From: Mobula hypostoma
Taxonomy: Eukaryota
DNA length: 64,000 nucleotides
Direction of reading: 5' to 3'
Assembly (NCBI RefSeq): GCF_963921235.1
Contig: NC_086097.1
Span: 249,180,001 to 249,244,000 of the forward strand
Position numbers and translations under genes: made by a program. Positions within the stretch are counted from its first letter, which is position 1. Each line of letters opens with the position of its first letter. Under the pieces are notes generated by a model. The model worked only from the letters and a program-made list of their open reading frames with translations. It made no database searches and was not told where the DNA came from. Positions 1 through 12,415 of this stretch are shown here, piece by piece.

Positions 1-229
1 ACAAGCAAAGCCAAGGACTCGGGGCCTTCTCCTCCTGAGGTTCTGGACCACACAGTAGCAGCAGCAGCAAAGCAGGCATTTCAGAAGTTTCACCAGATGT
101 TCCTCCGTACTCTCATGTCCGTCTCCATCAAATCAGGATTGTGCACAGCACCCTACTTGACAAATAACAGACATCACCACTGGAGTGGCCGCTGCGAGCT
201 GCGTCACGTCTCCACCTTCTCCTTCTCCT
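1..229 (-). mobile_element. Non-coding retroposon 'family A', 5' part (cut by window edge)
   Basis: Aligns by eye to 38780-39000 and, inverted, to 58620-58850. Confidence 0.75.
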
Positions 230-375
230 TAACAATTAACAGAATTAACAATGTTCCTGTTGCATTCACAAGCACATCTCATTGAGCAGCCTAATGAACT
301 GATTAAACACAGCACAATAATTATAGAATACATGGAATTTCAACTCATTTTAGAAATCACAATCTTATACTGTTG

Positions 376-658
376 CCAGCTGGTGACGTAGTGGCATCAG
401 CGCTGGACTCCGGGGTGAGAGGTCCCGAGTTCAAATCCAGCCGGCTCCTTTGCACGCTCTCCATCCTGTGTCAAGTGTCGAGCTAACAACTCGACCTCGT
501 AAAAAAAAAACCTGAAGAGGGATGGGCTCACCAGGTTTCAGATGCCCAAGACACGCCGTACGACGAGCATACCAAGAAGATCGGTGCAAAAAGCTTGTCA
601 TGATGACGCCCCAACGACTCCACCAGGAGTTAAGGGCGCGCGCGCACACACACACACA
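376..658 (+). mobile_element. tRNA-derived SINE
   Basis: A-box-like tgacgtagtgg, B-box gagttcaaatcc, (CA)n tail. Confidence 0.7.
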
Positions 659-822
659 AAGCTTATATTGTGTTCTGCTCAACTAGGTCTCAAAGTATTC
701 CGTCTCCCTCCCTCTCATTCCATTTTGTCAAACAGTGCCCCTTGCCAGAGTATGAATCTTCTGTTAGTTTCTCATACTCCATGACAAGAGACCATCCAGT
801 TCAATCGTTTTCATCACTTTAA

Positions 823-930
823 CCTCAGCACCTCTTTCAGGTTACCCATGACTATTTACTAGTTGCCTCAGCCCCTCTTTCAGGTTATCCATGACTGATT
901 ACTAGTTGCCTCAGCACCTCTTTCAGGTAA
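823..930. repeat. 43-bp minisatellite, about 2.5 units
   Basis: cctcagc(a/c)cctctttcaggt recurs at 823, 866 and 909. Confidence 0.9.
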
Positions 931-1065
931 CAACCAGCTCTCACCAAATCCCCACTTCCTTGTAACATTAGCAACCTGGGTTCAGTTCGCACTGCTGGGA
1001 ATTTACTACAGGCCACGGTCATAATGAAGTTGTTCTTGCATTGGTGTGGCCTGATTCTCCTAGCT

Positions 1066-1146
1066 CAGGAGTTCCCAACCTGGGGTCCACAAACCCCTCA
1101 CTTAATGATAGGGGCCCACTGCATAAAAAAAGGTTGGGAACCCTTG
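1066..1146. mobile_element. 81-bp hAT-type MITE
   Basis: TIR caggagttcccaacc / ggttgggaacccttg; 8-bp flanks tcctagct and tcctagat. Partial relatives near 11540-11588 and 48456-48520. Confidence 0.75.
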
Positions 1147-1420
1147 TCCTAGATAGAGTGGACGTGGAAAGGTTGTTTCCTATAGCGGCAGAGTCCAGGA
1201 CTGAATCTGTGGAATTAATTGCCTCAGATGGCTGTGCAGGCCAAGTCACTGGATTTATTTAAAGCAGAGATTGATAAGGTTCTCGATTAGTCAAGGCGTT
1301 AAAGGTTATGGTGAGAAGGCAGGAGAATGGGGTTGAGAGGGATAATAAATCAGCCATGGTGGAGCAGACTTGATGGGTCAAATGGCCTTATTCTGCTCCT
1401 ATGTCTTATCTCTTATTGTC
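1147..1420 (+). mobile_element. CR1 LINE 3' fragment
   Basis: LDRVDVERLFP remnant; CR1 3' UTR with ttctgctcctatgtcttat tail. Confidence 0.8.
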
Positions 1421-1907
1421 TTCCAGTAATACCTTTTGTGAGTGTCTATTAAATCAACACTCTGACATTTCAGTGGCAATAATACGGCAACTCGAGAAAC
1501 CTGGTCTTTTCTCAAACTGAGTGTTCTTAATAATTATCACTTTTGCCAAATGGCGCAGAGCTGTCCGATAGAGAAAAAAAAGGACGGTTTCTGTGCTTTG
1601 GGAAAACTAGGCATACATCGACAAGGATTTTTAAAATCTTTTTAATCTTTGGCTTATCTGTCTAAAAGCAGAGAACTTTAATGTATCAAATTGATACTTG
1701 CCAAGTATCAAAGCCAAGATTGAGAATGAAGCTGCCTTGCTTTGAAACTAAAGCTTCAAGTCTGCTTGAAATGTGGTCCATAATTATTGGACTTGAAGCA
1801 CAAAGTTTCTTCAGAACACAACTAAACCTGAGGAGAAAATTAATGCAAGGTTCAGAAGCAAGATAGAGCTATTAATTCTTACATTTGACAGGGATACTTT
1901 TAATTCT

Positions 1908-2280
1908 GGGTGACGGAGTGGAGCAACTTCTCTACCAAAGGAGCTGTAAGGTGCTTCTTCTCTCCACTGGCCTGCAAGTCACCCTTACGCAAGATGTAGC
2001 ACCTGCTTAGTCCCCCGATCAGGATCACGTGAAGTCATGGGAGCAGGTGGTGGATGGTCGTATGAGCAGCTGGGGCATATCACAAGCCCTGGTTATGCAG
2101 CCACCAACACCAGGCAGACAATTTCTGAAGAGTATTGATAATGGCTGGGGTCACCATCTTGTAAAGACACACTGCCCAGAAGGCGCCAATGACAAACCAC
2201 TTCTGTAGAAACATTTGTCAAGAACAATCATGGTCGTGGAAAGACCACGATTGCCTACATCATACAACTTGGCACATAAA
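1908..2280 (+). mobile_element. RTE-tailed short non-autonomous retroposon 'family R'
   Basis: BovB/RTE-like gaagg..aatg(g/a)caaaccacttctg motif; inverted copies at 16560-16900 and 28780-29130. Confidence 0.65.
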
Positions 2281-2744
2281 GTTCTATTCAAAAGGTTCAA
2301 AGAAACATCTAAACAAGCCTGATGTATTTTGGAAACAAGTCCTGTGGACTGATGAAGTTAAAAGATAACTTTTTGGCTGCAATAAGCAAAGGTATATTTA
2401 GAGAAAAAAGGGTGCAGAATTTCATGAAAAGAACACCTCTCCAACTGTTAAGCACAGGGATGGATCGATCAAGCTTTGGGCTTGTGTTGCAGCCAGTGAC
2501 ACGGGGAACATTTACTGGTAGAGGGAAGAATGAATTCTATTAAATATAGCAAATTCTGGAAGCAATCATCACACCGTCTGTAAAAAAGCCGAAGATGAAA
2601 AGAGGATAGCTTCTACAACAGGATAATGAACCTGAATACACCTTGAAATCCACAATGGACTCCCTCAAGAGGCTCAAGCTGAAGGTTTTGCCATGGCCCT
2701 TACAGTCCCCTGACCTAAACATCATCGAAAATCTGCGGATAGAC

Positions 2745-3925
2745 AATAGGTGCAGGAGTAGGTCATTCGGTCCTTCGAGCCAGCACCGCCATTCACTGTG
2801 ATCATGGCTGATTATCCACAATCAGTATTCAGTTCCTGCCTTATCCCCATAACCTTTGATTCCGCTATCTTTAAGAGCTCTATCCATCTCTTTCTTGAAA
2901 GCATCCAGAGACTTGGCCTCCACAGCCTTCTGGGGCAGAGCATTCCATATATCCACCACTCTCTGGGTGAAAAAGGTTTTCCTCAACTCCGTTCTAAATG
3001 GCCTACCCCTTATTCTTAAACTGTGGCCTCTGGTTCTGGACTCGCCCATCAGCGGGAACATGCTTCCTGCCTCCAGCGTGTCCAATCCCTTAATAATCTT
3101 ATATGTCTCAATAAAATCCCCTCTCAGCCTTCTAAATTCCAGAGTATACAAGCCCAGTCGCTCCAATCTTTCAACATATGACAGCCCCACCATCCCAGGA
3201 ATTAACCTTGTGAACCTACACTGCACTCCCTCAATAGCAAGAATTTCCTTCCTCAAATTTGGAGACCAAAACTGCACACAGTACTCCAGGTGTGGTCTCA
3301 CCAGGGCCCTGTACAGCTGCAAAAGGACCTCTTTGCTCTAATACTCAATTCCCCTTGTTATGAAGGCCAGCATGCCATTAGCTTTCTTCACTGCCTGCTG
3401 TACTTGCATGCTTGCTTTCAGTGATTGATGTACAAGAACACCTAGATCTCGTTGTGCTTCCCCTTTTCCTAACTTGACTCCATTTAGATAATAATCTGCC
3501 TTCCCGTTCTTGCCACCAAAGTGGATATCCTCACATTTATCCACATTAAACTGCATCTGCCCACTCAACCAGCCTGTCCAAGTCACCCTGCATTCTCATA
3601 ACATCGTCCTCACATTTCACACTGCCACCCAGCTTTGTGTGATCAGCAAATTTGCTAATGTTACTTTTAATTCCCTCATCTAAATCATTAGTATATATTG
3701 TAAACAGCTGCGGTCCCAGCACTGAACCCTGCAGTACCCGACTGGTCATCGCCTGCCATTCCGAAAGGGACCCGTTAATCACTACTAGTCCTGACGAAGG
3801 GTCTCGGCCTGAAACGTCGACTGCGCCTCTTCCTATAGATGCTGCTTGGCCTGCTGCGTTCACCAGCAACTTTGATGTATGTTGCGTTAATCACTACTCT
3901 TTGTTTTCTGTCAGCCAGCCAATTT
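2745..3925 (-). mobile_element. CR1 LINE 3' half (RT C-terminus) inserted in Tc1
   Basis: ORFs with QGSVLGP, KFADHTK and [19 protein letters not shown]; (tattgtc)n tail shared with 50765-51070. Confidence 0.92.
3787..3884 (+). mobile_element. 98-bp Penelope-like fragment with hammerhead motif and 14-bp TSD
   Basis: cgttaatcactact duplicated at 3773-3786 and 3885-3898; insert begins AGTC CTGACGA AGG..CCT GAAACGTC GACT. Confidence 0.85.
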
Positions 3926-4028
3926 TGAATCCAAAAGAGCAGTGTATGCAAGAAGACCCAAGAATCTCACAGAACTAGAAGCCTTTTGCAAGGAAGAATG
4001 GGCGAAAATCCCCCAAACAACAATTGAA

Positions 4029-4557
4029 TAGTCATAGTCATACTTTATTGATCCCGGTGGAAATTGGTTTTCGTTACAGTTGCACCATAAATAATAAATA
4101 GTAATAGAACCATAAATAGTTAAATAGTACTATGTAAATTATGCCAGTAAATTATGAAATAAATCCAGGACCAGCCTATCGGCTCAGGGTGTCTGACCCT
4201 CCAAGGGAGGAGTTGTGAAGTTTGATGGCCACAGGCAGGAATGACTTCCTATGACGCTCTGTGCTGCATCTCGGTGGAATGAGTCTCTGGCTGAATGTAC
4301 TCCTGTACCCACCCAGTACATTATGTAGTGGATGGGAGACATTGACCAAGATGGCATGCAACTTAGATGGCATCCTCTTTTCAGACACCACCGTCAGAGA
4401 GTCCAGTTCCATCCCTACAACATCACTGGCCTTACGAATGAGTTTGTTGATTCTGTTGGTATCTGCTACCCTCAGCCTGCTGCCCCAGCACACAACAGCA
4501 AACATGATAGCACTGGCCACCACAGACTCATAGAACATCCTCAGCATCATCCTCAGC
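4029..4557 (-). mobile_element. Rex1/L2-like LINE 3' fragment inserted in Tc1
   Basis: MFYESVVASAIMFAVVCWG...HPLH...RKSFLPVAIKLHN, then aataaa and (atgact)n tail; sister 3' end at 41625-41803 (+). Confidence 0.85.
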
Positions 4558-5419
4558 TAAGACTCTTAGCTGGCTACAGAAAGCGTTTACAAGCTGTGAT
4601 ACTTGCCAAAGGGGATGTTACTAAATACTGACCATGCAGGGTGCGCAAACATTTGCTTTGGGCCCTTTTCCTTTTTTGTTATTTTGAAACTGTAGAAGAT
4701 GGAAATAAATAAGTTTTCTTGCTTAAAATATTAAAGAAATGTGTCATCTTTAACTTTATGCCTTTTGGAAATCAGTTCATCTTTTACTCGCCTAGCTATT
4801 CACAGTAACATAAATTTTGACCAGGGGCTCCCAAACTTTTGTATGCCAGAGTATATAGCTAATGTTAATAGTAGAAATTTATGTGGACTAGGAATAGTGA
4901 CAGGTGAAGTTGTTCTTCCCCTTTATTTGCTGCAGTACCTGCAGGGGCATTAATTACATGGTGCACTTGAAGGATTCCAGGTAAATTCCTGGGTGAGCTT
5001 TTGCAAAAGGGAGGTTCTATTTCCAAGTAAAGGCCCTAAACTATCTAACAGAATCAAAGTAATTTCCAGCATCTGCAGATTTCCTCTTGGCTTGTAACAG
5101 AACTGGGAACAAGTGTTTCATGCATGTTCTGATTTCCCCAACTACAAAGCTAATTGCAACTTCAATGAATTGTTCAGAAAACAAACGTAGGTTGACAGGG
5201 CTCTAGAGGGTGGAGACTACATTGTATATAGCATATCCAGTAAGCAAATCCACTTCAGCAAATTTGACTACATTTAATCCTGAGAACTAACACGTGGCAA
5301 GTAAAATCTATGTTGCATTAAAAGTCAGGTTAATCATCATCCTTTTGATGTTACCAGAGTCTCCTTTAACATCTTTACCTCGGTAAGAAACTGAACTGAC
5401 CCAGCTGGAGCTTAGGAGA

Positions 5420-5790
5420 CAACATGCTTAACGGCGTCTCCTTTGCTTGCATCTTCAGAAACAGCTCCATTTCCATCCTTAATATCTCTATCCTTACAGG
5501 GTTCTTTTGAAGACCTTGACCTGGAGTTACATGCTGACTTCGGCCCTTTGTGGGAATGGAACCCGCTCTCAAGGTCTCAAGACTGGCCGTTATCCGATAT
5601 ACCAAGGATGCAGCCTAGAAGATCAGCGCGCCTTCGGAGTTCCGGGATTTCGTGGCTCTGGAGGTGGGTGAACTCAAGGTCAGTGCCTCTGCTGGGAATC
5701 GGTGTGTTGTGTGAGACAGAAGATCGAAAGCAGCAAGCTGGCTGCTGGCTGTGTGCCTAGAGGCCTGAGTTCTTTGGGCACAGGGCTTGG
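5420..5790 (+). repeat. Unclassified interspersed repeat
   Basis: Colinear similarity to 15890-16540 (ccaagga...gtggctctggag...tcaaggtc.gtgcc). Confidence 0.55.
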
Positions 5791-8331
5791 AAAATGGAAA
5801 TAGAATTTGCATGTAGAAATAGAGTGAAATGTGTCATTTGTGTCAAATCAAATCAGTGAGGATTAAGTTGAGGGCAGCCTGCAAGTGTTGCCACGCTTCT
5901 GGTATCAACACAACATGCCCACAACTAACCATACCTGTACATCTTCGAAAGGTGGGACAAAAATAGAGTACCTGGAAGAAACCCTTGTGATCACCGGGAG
6001 AATGTACAAGTTCCTGACAGTTGTGGGATTTGAATCCTGATCAGTGCGAGCTGGTAGTATAAACCACCAACCACTACACTACACTACTGTACTGCAAGGA
6101 GAATAAGTTACACATCTACAGGTTTAAAAATATTCCTGTCACATAATACATGAAATAGGATTTAAACTTTTAATTAGGAGTTCACACTAAGTAGCTACAC
6201 TCCACCACTGAGCACATCTACACAGAGAGTTGGGGTTAGGTTCTCTTCTCATTGCTGCCATCGGGAATGAGGTACAGGAGCCTCAGGACCCACACCACCA
6301 GGTTCAGGAACAGTTATTACCCCTCAACCATCAGGCCCTCGAACCAAAGGGAATAACTTCACTTGCCCCATCATTGAAATGCTCCCACAGCCTATGGACT
6401 CACTTTCACGGACTCACCTCATGTTCTCAATATTTATCAATTGATTCATTGATTAATTAATTATCATTACTTTTTTCCTGTTCTTTTTGTATTTGCAGCT
6501 TGTTGTGTTTTGCACATTGGTTGTTTGTTCGCCCTGTTAAGTGTGGTCTTTCATTGATTCCACTATGGTTATTGGATTTAATGACCGTACCCACACAAAA
6601 TAAAGAATCCCAGGGTTGTATATGGTGACATACGTACTTTGATAATAAGTTTACTTTGAAATTTCATAAATCTGGATTTCATCAGGTATTTCACTGCACT
6701 AATTTTCAAGCATTAGTGTAGTGTAGAAATAAAATATGGACTTTCAGTGGCCTTTTAGTTTGATTACAGGAAAACTTAAGGTACTTGGTTGCTTTACATG
6801 ACAAAAGTTTTACAATTTAGCGTAGCATTCTGATGTTAGGGTGCCTCTATTTTTGCATAAACAGAAGTACTAATCACAAGGAAGCTACTATATGGTATGG
6901 CTTCACTAAATTTCTTCAGACTTGTTTTAAAAGAACAGAACTTTGTTTTCAAATCTGATCCAACGAGGGGAACTATATGTTTACTCTCCCGTCTTCCCTC
7001 TACCACACCGCCAAAGTCCTAATAGATGCCCCAGCCTGCAAGATGAATAAATATCCAAGGATTAGAAATAAGCAAAAAGGCTAAATACTATTTGACTTAA
7101 ACCAATTTTAACATTGTGTTGATTGTTTTTGTTTTTATTTAGAGAAACAGCACAGTAACAGGCCCTTCCAGCCCAATTACCCACATCTTTGAAACATGGG
7201 AGCGAACTAGAGCACCTGTAGGAAACCCGTGCAGTCACAGGGAGAATGGAAAAGCTCCTCACAGACAGACAGAATTGAACCCGGGTGGCTGGTGCTGTAA
7301 TTGTGTCAATGCTAACCGCCATGCTACCACGTCACTCATTCAGGAAATTCTTATTTCAGGTAAAACTATGAGAAGTATAGACAGGGTAAATACAAGCAGG
7401 CTTTTTCCACTGGGGTTGGATGGGACTACAGCAAGAGGTCATGGGTTAAGGGTGAAAGATGAAAAGTCTGGGGAACAAGGCCGGGAACTTCTTCATTCAG
7501 AGGGTTGTGAGCATGTAGATCGAACTGCCAGCACAAGCGGTGCATGCAATTTTGACTTAAATGCTTAAGAGAAGTTTGGATAGGTATATGAATGGTAAGG
7601 GTATGGAGGGCTTTGATCTCAATGAAGATCAATGAAAGAAAGCAGTTTAAGTGGTTCGGCACAAACGAGATGGGCCAAAAGGCCTATTTCTGTGTTGTAA
7701 CTCTATGACTATTAGATGACCATTTTATCTTGAATTTGGTTTCAAATTTACAATTAATGTATTGTCTAAAGTATTCCTGAATAGGGTTTAAAGAGCATCT
7801 ATTGATTCAATGAACCGAACTCATGCAAAAAGTTTCAAGGTCCTGTTTAAAGAAAATCCTGCGATCTGCAGATGCTAAGCTCAATAACTACTCGATACTT
7901 GCCTTAATAGGGTATCAGAAATAACCAGGTACCACATGTATAAAAAGTGAAGATAACACTTGATTTCTGTGAAGACACTTAAATTTGGCACAAATCACTC
8001 TTCATAGAATGTTGCCTCTGCCCTGCTTTTGTTCACAGTTATTAACTGACTGATCGAGTGAAGTTCTGGTCACTGCTTGATACTTGAGTTTGTGTTGCAA
8101 ATAATACTTGCCACTTAACAGCCCCAGCCTGGATGTTCTCCAGCTCTCAGTACTTGCAGGCAGCAAGGGCTTCATTAGCTAAGAAAGTTGCTGATGACTA
8201 GTACCAATTAACCAGTTGGATTTGTTCTGCTCTGGGCACAAGACAGCTGGGTACCTTTCCACATTGTCAGGTAATTGCCAAAGCTGCAACTCTAATGGAA
8301 TAAACTTGGCCAGAGCACGTCTTCAACATCA

Positions 8332-8537
8332 ACAAGAGAAAATCTGCAGAGGCTGGAAATTCAAGCAACACACACAAAATGCTGGAGGAACTCAGCAGGT
8401 CAGGCAGCATCTATGGGAAAAGATACAGTCGCTGTTTCGGGCCAAGATGAAGGGTCTCAGGCTGAAACATCGACTGTATTTTTGTCCACAGGTGCTGCCT
8501 GACCTGCTGAGGTCCTCCAGCATTTTGTGTGTTGCAC
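8332..8537. mobile_element. Inverted pair of Penelope-like termini (hairpin)
   Basis: gcaacacacacaaaatgctggagga... is the reverse complement of ...tcctccagcattttgtgtgttgc; partial hammerhead sequence in the centre. Confidence 0.8.
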
Positions 8538-8574
8538 ATCTTCAACAAGGGATATTGGAAACTTGGTTCTGGAA

Positions 8575-11000
8575 GAGAGAGATATCTACAATAAATATAG
8601 GCAGCATGGAGTAAATGAGGTGTTCGAGGAATATAAAGAATGTAAAAAGAATCTTAAGAAAGAAATTAGAAAAGCTAAAGGTTACGAGGCTGATTTGGCA
8701 AGTAGGGTGAAAATAAATCCAAAGGGTTTCTACAGTTATATTAATAGCAAAAGGATAGTGAGAGATAAAATTGGTCCCTTAGAAAATCACAGTGGACAGC
8801 TATGTGTGGAACCAAAAGAGATGGGGGAGATTCTGAACAAATTATTTTCTTCGGTATTCACTAAGCAGAAGGATATTGAATTGTGTAAGGTAAGGGAAAC
8901 AGGTAGGGAAGTTATGGAAACTATGATGATTAAAGAAGAGGAAATACTGGCACTTTTAAGGAATATAAAAGTGGATAAGTCTCTAGGTCCTGACAGGATA
9001 TTCCCTAGGACCTTGAGGGATGTTAGTGTAGAAATAGCAGGGGCTCTGACAGAAATATTTCAAATGTCATTAGAAACAGGGATGGTGCCGGGGGTTTGGC
9101 ATATTGCTCATGTTGTTCCATTGTTTAAAAAGGGTCATAGAAACATAGAAACATAGAAAATAGGTGCAGGAGTAGGCCATTCGGCCCTTCGAGCCTGCAC
9201 TGCCATTTATTATGATCATGGCTGATCATCCAACTCAGAACCCCGCCCCAGCCTTCCCTCCATACCCCCTGACCCCCGTAGCCACAAGGGCCATATCTAA
9301 CTCCCTCTTAAATATAGCCAATGAACTGGCCTCAACAGTTTCCTGCGGCAGAGAATTCCACAGATTCACCACTCTCTGTGTGAAGAAGTTTTTCCTAATC
9401 TCGGTCCTAAAAGGCTTCCCCTCTATCCTCAAACTGTGACCCCTCGTTCTGGACTTCCCCAACATCGGGAACAATCTTCCTGTATCTAGCCTGTCCAATC
9501 CCTTTAGGATCTTATACGTTTCAATCAGATCCCCCCTCAATCTTCTAAATTCCAACGAATACAAGCCCAATTCATCCAGTCTTTCTTCATATGAAAGTCC
9601 TGCCATCCCAAGAGTAAATCTGGCAATTATCGGCCTGTGAGTTTGACGTCAGTGGTGGGTAAATTGATGGAAAGTATTCTTAGAGAAGGTATATATAATT
9701 ATCTGGATAGACAGGGTCTGATTAGGCAGTCAACATGGATTTGAGCGTGCTTGACAAATCTTATTGAATTTTTTGAAGAGGTTACTAGGAAAGTTGACGA
9801 GGGTAAAGCAGTGGATGTTGTCTATATGGACTTCAGTAAGGCCTTTGACAAGGTTCCACACAGAAGGTTAGTTAGGAAGGTTCAATCGTTAGGTATTAAT
9901 ATTGAAGTAGTAAAATGGATTCAGCAGTGGCTGGATGGGAGATGCCAGAGAATAGTGGTGGATAACTGTTCGTCAGATTGGAGGCCGGTGACTAGTGGTG
10001 TGCCTCAGGGAACTGTAATAAGTCCAATGTTGTTTGTCATATACATTAATGATCTGGATGATGGGATGGTAAATTGGAATAGTAAGTATACAGATGATAC
10101 TAAGATAGGTGGAGTTGTGGATAATGAAGTAGTTTTTCAAAGCTTGCAGAGAGATTTAGGCCAGTTAGAAGAGTGGGCTGAAAGATGGCAGATGGAGTTT
10201 AATGCTGATAAATGTGAGGTGCTACATTTTGGTAGGACTAATCAAAATAGGACATACATGGTAAATGGTAGGGCATTGAAGAATGCAGTAGAACAGAGGG
10301 ATCTAGGAATAATGGTGCATAGTTCCCTGAAGGTGGAATCTCATTTGGATAGGGTGGTGAAGAAAGCTTTTGGTATGCTGGCCTTTATAAATCAGAGCAT
10401 TGAGTATAGGAGTTGGAATGTATGTTAAAATTGTACAAAGCATTGGTAAGGCCAAATTTGGAGTATTGTGTACAGTCTGGTCACCAAATTATAGGAAAGA
10501 TGTCAACAAAATAGAGAGAGTACAGAGAAGATTTACTAGAATGTTACCTGGATTTCAGCACCTTAGTTACAGAGAAAGGTTGAACAAGTTGGGTCTTTAT
10601 TCTTTGGAGCATAGAAGGTTGAGGGGGGACTTAAAAGAGGTATTTAAAATTATGAGGGGGACAGATAGAGTCAACGTGGATAGACTTTTTCCACTGACAG
10701 TAGGGGAGATTCAAACAAGAGGACATGAGTTGAGAGTTAGGGGGCAAAAGTTTAGGGGTAACATGAGGGGGAACTTCTTTACTCAGAGAGTGGTGGCTGT
10801 GTGGAACGAGCTTCCAGCAGAAGTGGTTGAGGCAGGTTCGATGTTGTCATTTAAAGTAAAATTGGATAGCTATATGGACAGGAAAGGAATGGAGGGTTAT
10901 GCGCTGTGTGCAGGTCGGTGGGACTAGGTGAGAGTAAGCGTTTGGCACGGACTAGAAGGGCCGAGATGGCCTGTTTCCGTGCTGTAATTGTTATATGGTT
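8575..11000 (+). mobile_element. CR1 LINE ORF2 (about 2 kb, frameshifted), interrupted at 9137-9610
   Basis: KSLGPDRIFPR, DFSKAFDKVPH, GVPQG, YTDDTK, FFTQRVV motifs; CR1 3' UTR. Confidence 0.93.
9137..9610 (-). mobile_element. Young CR1 3' fragment nested antisense in an older CR1
   Basis: Open 123-aa frame; (tttctatg)n tail. Confidence 0.92.
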
Positions 11001-11599
11001 ACATTACCCATTCTGTTTTTTTAAAAATCTAGTATACAAAGGAGTATCTTGCTATCACGAGCAATAAACCAAACTGATTGCTGATTGGCTTCTATGACAA
11101 CAGGGGAGAGACCTGCAGACTTCACACACCTTAAGCTATGCCTTTGCACTCAGTGACTCCACCATAACAGAGACAGAGGATGTGATGCCTTCTTTTACTA
11201 AAGGACAAGATGTGAGAGAAATGCAGTTAATGGGATTATCTAGTTTACCTATAGTATGTTGATCTCTACTTGTTAGCACCTTATTCTGAAGAGAGCATCT
11301 ATTGCCTTCTGTAGGTCTCTACATGCTCGAAGGATTGATCACATGCCCAATGGTGACAGCAGAGTGGGCATGCCAGACCAAGAGGTTACAGACTGAGTAT
11401 GTGGTACTGCTGCTGTTGGCCACAGAACGCATAGGATCCAGATGTAGGAACTCCAAAATCTTCTCCAAATTTATCTGATTTACTATGAATGTACATGATG
11501 GGCACCATCAAACGTGAAGGACAGCATTTTGCCTCTACAACAGTCAATGGGAGAGGTCCATGGCATTGAAAAAGATTGGGAACCCTTGCCCTACAAGAA

Positions 11600-12415
11600 T
11601 AAATGGATAAATGTGAGGTTATCCACTTTGGTGGCAAGAACAGGAAAACAGATTATTATCTGAATGGTGGCTGATTAGGAAAAGGGGAGATGCAATGAGA
11701 CCTAGGTGTCATTGTACTCCAGTCATTGAAAGTGGGCATGCAGGTACAGCAGGCAGTGAAAAAGGCGAATGGTGTGCTGGCATTCATAGCAAGAGGATTC
11801 GAGTACAGGAGCAGGGAGGTACTATACTGCAGTTGTACAAGGCCTTGGTGAGACCACACCTGGAGCATTGTGTGCAGTTCTGGTCCCCTAATCTGAAGAA
11901 AGACATTCTTGCCATAGAGGGAGTACAAAGAAGGTTTACCAGATTGATTCCTGGGATGGCAGGACTTTCATATGATGAAAGACTGGATCGACTAGGCTTG
12001 TATTCTCTGGAATTTAGAAGATTGAGGGGGATCTTATTGAAACGTATAAAATTCTAAAGGGATTGGACAGGCTAGATGTAGGAAGCTTATTCCCGACGTT
12101 GGGGAAGTCCAAAACAAGGGGTCACAGTTTGAGGATAAAGGGGAAGCCTTTTAGGACCGAGATTAGGAAAAACTTCTTCACACAGAGAGTAGTGAATCTG
12201 TGGAATTCTCTGCCACAGGAAACATTTGAGTCCAGTTCATTGGCTATATTTAAGAGGGAGTTAGATATGGCCCCTGTGGCTAAAGAGATCAGGGGGTGTT
12301 CGGGAAGGCAGGTACAGGGTTCTGAGTTGGATGGTCAGCCATGATCATACTGAATGGCGGTGCAGGCTCGAAGGGCTGAATGGGCTACTCCTGCACCTAT
12401 TTTCTATGTTTCTAA
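11600..12415 (+). mobile_element. CR1 3' fragment, same subfamily as 9137 and 19213
   Basis: [19 protein letters not shown]; tttctatgtttcta tail. Confidence 0.92.

Larger units (their letters stand above)
2290..4848 (+). mobile_element. 5'-truncated Tc1 transposon in three pieces (2290-2744, 3930-4028, 4558-4848)
   Basis: WTDE and WPLQSPDLNIIE remnants; terminal IR matches the element at 46680-48278. Confidence 0.88.

Noticed and set aside
376..450. Functional tRNA gene
   Set aside because: The tRNA-like head runs into a SINE body and (CA)n tail with no T-run terminator.
823..930. CRISPR-like repeat-spacer array
   Set aside because: The intervening segments are near-identical, so this is a tandem repeat; eukaryotic intron, no cas genes.
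8527..10927. Long ORFs as a host gene or active LINE
   Set aside because: CR1 ORF2 fragments: 5'-truncated, frameshifted and interrupted by another CR1.
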